DNA of 64,000 nt from Nitrospirota bacterium (GTDB lineage Bacteria > Nitrospirota > UBA9217), in the NCBI GenBank assembly GCA_035623825.1, contig DASPSR010000052.1, positions 1 to 64,000 of the forward strand. The letters are read 5' to 3'. The first letter of the stretch is position 1, and each line of letters starts with the position of its first letter. The notes under the pieces are model-generated. The model was not told where the DNA came from and searched no databases. It saw nothing but the letters and a program-made list of their open reading frames with translations. The translations under genes and the position numbers were made by a program. This document shows, piece by piece, positions 59,137 to 64,000 of this stretch.

Positions 59137-60594
59137 TTAATATCTCATTCTCACTCGGTAGGTCAGTTTCACTTCCTTGTCCCGGGGCACGGGAATGTTG
59201 AACTCGGCAGTAAATGCCTCCGACTTCTTGAACTCATGGGATGAGCTCAGCATGGTCCATTCGCCGGGGATGGGTTCCACAACCTTCACTACCACATCCT
59301 CCTTTTTGTGGTTCCTGAGCGATATCTCGAATGCCGCTTCATAGGTGTCATAGGCGATCTTCTTCCAATCTGTCTGCTTTCTGCTGCCCACGACATCGAA
59401 TGCATCGCCGATTTTTATCCTCACCTTCTCATCCTTGGGGGTGTGATCAATCCGGTCTTCGCCCGCGAACTGGAGGCTGCCCTCTTTGTCAGCCTTGTAG
59501 ACCCGCACGGTGCCCTTGGGCAGCGGAATTCCGAGATTATGTTCTCTTCTGTTCTGAATCTCCACGAACACGCCGACCTTCTGGTTTGATATGACATCGC
59601 CGTAGCGGTCGTAATAGTAGTACTTGGCGCCAGAGTACAAAAGCTCTTTTTTGACGGGGATGTCGTTGGCTGCCACGAGGCTGATCTGCTTGGTCTGGTT
59701 GTCCTTGACCGTGGCAGGCCGATCGAGGGTATAGATGTGGTATTCCAAGAATGAGTCTTCTTTGAATTGCGGCGCATCGGCCTTTGCCGCCGCTTGGGCG
59801 ATACGCATCATCTTGCTTCCATACTCCACTTCATCCTTCACCTGGTTGATATCTCCGGCAACAAGCTTGAGCTTCGCGTTCTTGTAGGTCGCACCGCTGT
59901 GATTGTCGATCGTCACCCATCCCGACAAATCCGCCTTGTCGTCTTTTTCATTCAGAATCACCACGTAATCGGAATGCCAATTGATCCCGCTTGTCAGATA
60001 TGAGGCCTCGATCTTCTGTGCCGAGGTCAGGCCGTTCTCAATCATCCAGACGAGAGTCGGTTTCGCGTTGAGGTCTTCCGGCACACCGGGGAAGACGATC
60101 CGGCCGGGGTGGCCAAAAGTTATCTCGTCGCCGATCTTGAAGATCGGCTGGCCGTTGTTCGACAGCAGCGTAGCCGCGACGACTTCCTCCCGTTCGGTAT
60201 AGGGGTTCCTGATGTAGAGCTTCACCTCTTTTCCCACATACTTGTCGAGGAGTTTTTGCGGATTCAGCAGATCGTACTCGTAGTTCTGCTCGAGTACCCG
60301 CAGAGTCTCTGGATCTACGAGAGATTTGATCTGGACGCTTGTGGGGATGATTTGGGACGAAACGTCCATGAAACGCAGGCTGCCGGTGCCCTTGAAAAGC
60401 TTGATCCGGCGTTGATCCTTTACCAGGCCGATATTGGCGTTGTAGATCGTCAGCGCCACCCCTGCCTGATCATCCTGAGTGCTTGCCGCTACGCCATTCT
60501 TTGTTTCCTTGTTCTCTGCGTTTGAAACCGAACAAAAACAGATGCCTGCAAGAAAAAGAACCGGGAGAAACGTGATTAGATTTTTGACGCTCAT
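59137..60594 (-). CDS. DUF4139/DUF4140-type secreted protein
   Basis: Signal peptide; LTIYN, EQNYEYDL, YLT.GI.W...Y, PLPKG.VRVY. GAGGAGG RBS before ATG 60594. Confidence 0.85.
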   Translation of the reverse strand: MSVKNLITFLPVLFLAGICFCSVSNAENKETKNGVAASTQDDQAGVALTIYNANIGLVKDQRRIKLFKGTGSLRFMDVSSQIIPTSVQIKSLVDPETLRVLEQNYEYDLLNPQKLLDKYVGKEVKLYIRNPYTEREEVVAATLLSNNGQPIFKIGDEITFGHPGRIVFPGVPEDLNAKPTLVWMIENGLTSAQKIEASYLTSGINWHSDYVVILNEKDDKADLSGWVTIDNHSGATYKNAKLKLVAGDINQVKDEVEYGSKMMRIAQAAAKADAPQFKEDSFLEYHIYTLDRPATVKDNQTKQISLVAANDIPVKKELLYSGAKYYYYDRYGDVISNQKVGVFVEIQNRREHNLGIPLPKGTVRVYKADKEGSLQFAGEDRIDHTPKDEKVRIKIGDAFDVVGSRKQTDWKKIAYDTYEAAFEISLRNHKKEDVVVKVVEPIPGEWTMLSSSHEFKKSEAFTAEFNIPVPRDKEVKLTYRVRMRY

Positions 60595-60635
60595 GATCAA
60601 CCTCCTCATGTCTTAAATGAACCGCTCTTGGTACA

Positions 60636-60664
60636 TTAGACAGGGGAGGTTGGGGAAAAGTTCC
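60636..60664 (-). promoter_or_regulatory. ECF sigma promoter upstream of the DUF4139 gene
   Basis: GGAAC-N18-GTCTAA on the minus strand. Confidence 0.75.
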
Positions 60665-60696
60665 CGATGGAGCAGAATTCTGATGCCCCAGTAAAA

Positions 60697-61707
60697 TTAT
60701 TCTTTCAGCCAGAACCAGTCATAGTTAGATCTTCCTGATCGTTCAACGCCATCTGGAGAAAATTCCTTGAACCATTTGAGTTTTCCATGTCCATATTGAG
60801 CTTCTGTCTTTACTTGCCCGGACTCATAGTACTCTCTCTGTATGCCGTGTCTTTCTCCTTTTATGTTGAATCTTTCCTCAGCAAGCTTCACTTTGCGCAG
60901 ATCGACGACTTCGTAAGTTACAATTAATTTAGGCGTACCGTTAGAATGACTTTCGAGGGCGACCCTTTCGAGGTTGCCCTGCATATCCGTTCTGGCGGAT
61001 AGGCCAGCGGTTTTTTCTAGAGGGCTAATAGTTTTGCTTTTTGCCCCCGCCTGCGGCTCTGGACCAGCCGACGGCGCTGCTCGCTCTTGTATTGGGGGCG
61101 GTGCGGCGGCTTGAGGTTTAGCAGCGCCCTTACCCAAAACGTCTTCGTTTGCTGCTTGCGGTGGCTGTTGTGCCGGCGCCGCAGGCTGTTCCCGGGGAAT
61201 CGGGGGCGCAGGCTTTTCGTATTCCAGCTTCATGTCCAGGGCCTTGTACTTCTGGGTTTGAGGTGCCTTTTCCGAACGAGGGGAAGAGCGGTCCGTCTTG
61301 CCGAGTTCATCCTTTGCAATTACTGATGACGGAGCCTCCCGAGTCGGCGCTTCCGAAAGATTAGGAGTTGGCTGAATGTTCCGATAGATATAGAAGGCGA
61401 TGACGGTAAGGAACAGCACGGCAAAAATCTGGATTGGCAACTTGGCGCGGACAGGGAAGAACAAAAAACCCCTGCGCCTCCTTTCTGTCTCGGCACGCAC
61501 CTTTGCCATGGTTTTCTGCGTCATCCATGCCGGCGGCTCCACCTGCTCGACGGTCTTGATATGCTCAATGGTCCTCTCAAGCTCCCTAAGCGCATCGCTG
61601 CAGGCAGCGCATGTCTTCAGGTGCTCCTCGATCTCCGCTTTTGCCGCTGAAGGAATCGACCCGTCAATGTACTCGGACAGCTTATGACGCATCACATGGC
61701 GCTCCAT
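60697..61707 (-). CDS. Zinc-finger (zf-HC2) transmembrane anti-sigma factor
   Basis: LSEYIDG...HLKTCAAC, one TM helix, Pro/Ala-rich linker, MORN-like C-terminus. TGATG overlap with the sigma gene. Confidence 0.88.
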   Translation of the reverse strand: MERHVMRHKLSEYIDGSIPSAAKAEIEEHLKTCAACSDALRELERTIEHIKTVEQVEPPAWMTQKTMAKVRAETERRRRGFLFFPVRAKLPIQIFAVLFLTVIAFYIYRNIQPTPNLSEAPTREAPSSVIAKDELGKTDRSSPRSEKAPQTQKYKALDMKLEYEKPAPPIPREQPAAPAQQPPQAANEDVLGKGAAKPQAAAPPPIQERAAPSAGPEPQAGAKSKTISPLEKTAGLSARTDMQGNLERVALESHSNGTPKLIVTYEVVDLRKVKLAEERFNIKGERHGIQREYYESGQVKTEAQYGHGKLKWFKEFSPDGVERSGRSNYDWFWLKE

Positions 61708-62306
61708 CAAAGTTCTCCCATGATTTTCTTCAAGCAATCCTTGACCGCTTCTCGTGCCCTGAAGAGCCGCGATTTCACCGTGCCTTCGCGCATATTGAGC
61801 ACCCCGCTGATTTCTTCATATGAAAAATCCTGCAGGTCCCGCAAGATGACGACCTCGCGATATTCCGGCGCGAGGGCTTTGATGCAGTCCTGCACCCGGC
61901 CCTGAACGTAACGCTTCTCAAGCAGGTCCAGCGCAGAGGGCTCTTTTGACGGCGGGTCCGCCACCATCTCTCCGTCATCCGCCTTCACCGGGGCATCCAG
62001 TGAAAAGGCTTCATGGCCGGATCTGGACCTCATCCGCTTCAGGCGGTTCCGCGAATGGTTCACGGTGATGGCTGTTAGCCAGGTCGTGAATTTCGCCTGG
62101 CCGCGAAAATTCATTATGTTCTTAAAAGCCGAAATGAAGGCGTCCTGCACCGCCTCGCACGCCTCGTCGTAATCACCGATCATCCTGAAGGCAATGTTCA
62201 GCATCCTCTTCTGGTGCTTGTTCACCAAGCTCTCAAAGGCGTTCAAGTCCCCCTGCCTGGTACGCGAGACGAGGTCGGCATCTTCATCCGAAGCTGTATT
62301 TCCCAT
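61707..62306 (-). CDS. ECF RNA polymerase sigma factor
   Basis: AF..LV, VQDAF, FTTWL.AI..N, SYEEIS......GTVKSRLFRAR. Confidence 0.95.
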   Translation of the reverse strand: MGNTASDEDADLVSRTRQGDLNAFESLVNKHQKRMLNIAFRMIGDYDEACEAVQDAFISAFKNIMNFRGQAKFTTWLTAITVNHSRNRLKRMRSRSGHEAFSLDAPVKADDGEMVADPPSKEPSALDLLEKRYVQGRVQDCIKALAPEYREVVILRDLQDFSYEEISGVLNMREGTVKSRLFRAREAVKDCLKKIMGEL

Positions 62307-62319
62307 CGCTCCCCTACTA

Positions 62320-62348
62320 TGAGACAGTCCGAACGGGGCGTTTGTTCC
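62320..62348 (-). promoter_or_regulatory. ECF autoregulatory promoter
   Basis: GGAAC-N18-GTCTCA on the minus strand, just upstream of the sigma RBS. Confidence 0.75.
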
Positions 62349-62458
62349 GTTGGCCATGATGATTTTAATTGTATCGTAAACAGTTTACTTTTGCACTGGC
62401 AAAATGCTATGTTACCTTAAAAGTGGTATAATATAGTATTTCTAAGCGGGAGGGAGCA

Positions 62459-62677
62459 ATGGATGACAAGGTCGTGATATTCGGGAAGGCCGGGTGACCG
62501 CATACGGAAAAGGCCAGGTCGGTCTACGGCGATAAGGCTGCGTATTACGATGTTAAGACGAACAGCGCGAAACTGGAGGAAATGCTGAAATATTCAAGAG
62601 GCGTACGGAAAGTGCCCGTCATTGTTCGAGGTGAAAACGTTGTCATCGGATACGAGGGTGGTTCCTGAGGCGTGTAA
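62459..62677 (+). CDS. Glutaredoxin-like UXX-star selenoprotein with two Sec (U13, U70), 72 aa
   Basis: GGGAG RBS; MDDKVVIFGKAG-U-PHT...RKVPVIV...IGYEGGS-U-GV*; SECIS-like hairpin after each TGA. Confidence 0.88.
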
Positions 62678-62795
62678 CAGCCGGCAGGCGGCCGGCAAGA
62701 ATGGTCAGGAATTCGGGCCTCATGTTCAGATTGGCGGGGGCAAAGTTCTGATTGCGATATGAAAGCATCACTCATGGGCGGGAGAAGCGGAAAAC

Positions 62796-63353
62796 ATGAC
62801 ACTGGACAAATATTTTCTTGAGAGAGACGATTCCGTGCTTTTGATTGTCGACATCCAGGACAAGCTCGCGGCGGTGATGAAAGAGAAGGACAAGGTTGTC
62901 AAGAATAACCTCATTCTGATCGAGGTCTCGAAGATGCTCAAGATCCCGGTCGTCGTGACGGAGCAGTATCCCAAGGGTCTCGGGCGAACCGTGCCGGAGA
63001 TTCGGGCTGTGCTGTCCGAGTATCGACCGGTCGAGAAGATGACCTTCAACTGTTGCAGCGCGGCCGCATTCTTGTTAGAGATCAAAAAGACCAACAGGAA
63101 GAAAATTATCATCACGGGCATGGAGACGCACATCTGCGTGCTCCAGACCGCGACGGGCTTATTGCGCGACGGCTTCATCCCTCACGTCGTGCAGGATGCA
63201 GTATGTTCGAGGACGAAAGAGAACTGGAAAACGGGTACTGAGTTCATGCGGGACGCCGGGGCTGCCGTTACCTGCACCGAAACGGTGCTATTCCAGCTCC
63301 TCGGGGTCGCGGGCACTGAGGAATTCAGGGCGGTCTCGAGGATGATCAAATAG
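62796..63353 (+). CDS. Isochorismatase-family cysteine hydrolase
   Basis: VDIQ, TEQYPKGLG.T, KMTF, GMETHICVLQT. Confidence 0.92.
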   Translation: MTLDKYFLERDDSVLLIVDIQDKLAAVMKEKDKVVKNNLILIEVSKMLKIPVVVTEQYPKGLGRTVPEIRAVLSEYRPVEKMTFNCCSAAAFLLEIKKTNRKKIIITGMETHICVLQTATGLLRDGFIPHVVQDAVCSRTKENWKTGTEFMRDAGAAVTCTETVLFQLLGVAGTEEFRAVSRMIK

Positions 63354-63493
63354 AAATGCTAGAAGACAGAAAGCGAAGACAGATGTCAGAAAGCACGTGG
63401 TCAGCGAACGAGAAGAGGCCAATACTCAGAATAAGCCCATCACGCTCCTACGGCCGATTCCTGAACGCTAGATAGGATTCCAAGGGTGACAGT

Positions 63494-64000
63494 ATGGCAG
63501 AAGAACAACTTCCAGACGACGTAAAAAAAGTAATCAAGGAAACCTTCTTCAAGGAGCTCAAGGAAGATGTCGCCCTCGAAGTCTATACGAAATCCGGCGT
63601 GAACGATCAGTTCAACGAAGCGGCGGTTTCCCTTATCAAGGCCCTTTCGGCATTGAACGACAAGCTCAAGGTTTCCTTTCACGCGGTGGATGATGAGCAG
63701 TCGGTAAGACGCAATGTCCATCGGTCGCCTACGGTGCTCATTGCGCCAGACAAATACCGACTTCGCTATACGGGCGCGCCGCTCGGCGAAGAAGGCAGGT
63801 CGCTCCTTGTTGCTATCCTGATGGCGTCAACGGGCCAGAGCGTCCTGACCCCGCCGGCACTGGAGAAGATAGCCGGGCTCAAAGAAAAGCGAGACATTCA
63901 GGTCTTTGTCAGCCCCACGTGCCCCTATTGCCCGCAACAGGTGCTCACCGCGTTCGCCGCGGCGATCATGAAGCCGGACCTGATCTCTGCCGAGGCTGTC
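63494..64000 (+). CDS. AhpF-N/PDO-like thioredoxin-fold protein, probably fused to thioredoxin reductase; 3' partial
   Basis: Open frame from ATG 63494: ...RYTGAPLGEEGRS...FVSPTCPYCP. Not in the ORF track because it runs off the window. Confidence 0.85.
   Translation, partial: MAEEQLPDDVKKVIKETFFKELKEDVALEVYTKSGVNDQFNEAAVSLIKALSALNDKLKVSFHAVDDEQSVRRNVHRSPTVLIAPDKYRLRYTGAPLGEEGRSLLVAILMASTGQSVLTPPALEKIAGLKEKRDIQVFVSPTCPYCPQQVLTAFAAAIMKPDLISAEAV

Noticed and set aside
1-64000. CRISPR arrays, tRNA/rRNA genes, transposases, integrases, prophage or defence genes
   Set aside because: None recognised by eye. The repeats in the cytochrome and TPR genes are protein-level repeats, not arrays.

Overview
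Chromosomal window (~54% GC) from an anaerobic Gram-negative bacterium. Gene content and style suggest Nitrospirota or a Deltaproteobacteria-like lineage; this is inference, not a database result. In order, it holds: (1) the 3' part of a Geobacter-type omcS-companion-like cluster (Calx-beta/lipoprotein, PpiC chaperone, 26- and 16-heme cytochromes, NHL propeller); (2) TMTC-like GT-C/TPR glycosyltransferases plus a GT2 donor synthase; (3) ettA, ppnP, a second GT-C/GT2-GtrA cluster and an ABC-F; (4) a GEMM-I riboswitch with the A20 (cGAMP-type) signature leading an uncharacterised lipoprotein/TolB/TPR + Opp-type ABC operon; (5) pfp, moaAC, CIRCE-controlled hsp20 and hrcA-grpE-dnaK-dnaJ, lgt; (6) 2-oxoacid:ferredoxin oxidoreductase, an ECF sigma/anti-sigma/DUF4139 module and a thioredoxin-reductase-like gene. 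Three coding regions are missing from the supplied ORF track: a 20-aa Cys-rich peptide (MTIRKVSKKMATTCKCKSSC) directly downstream of a radical SAM/SPASM enzyme, which is the best candidate for an undescribed RiPP system; a 72-aa glutaredoxin-like selenoprotein with two in-frame UGA codons; and the partial thioredoxin-reductase-like gene at the window end. All calls come from reading the sequence by eye; no searches were run.
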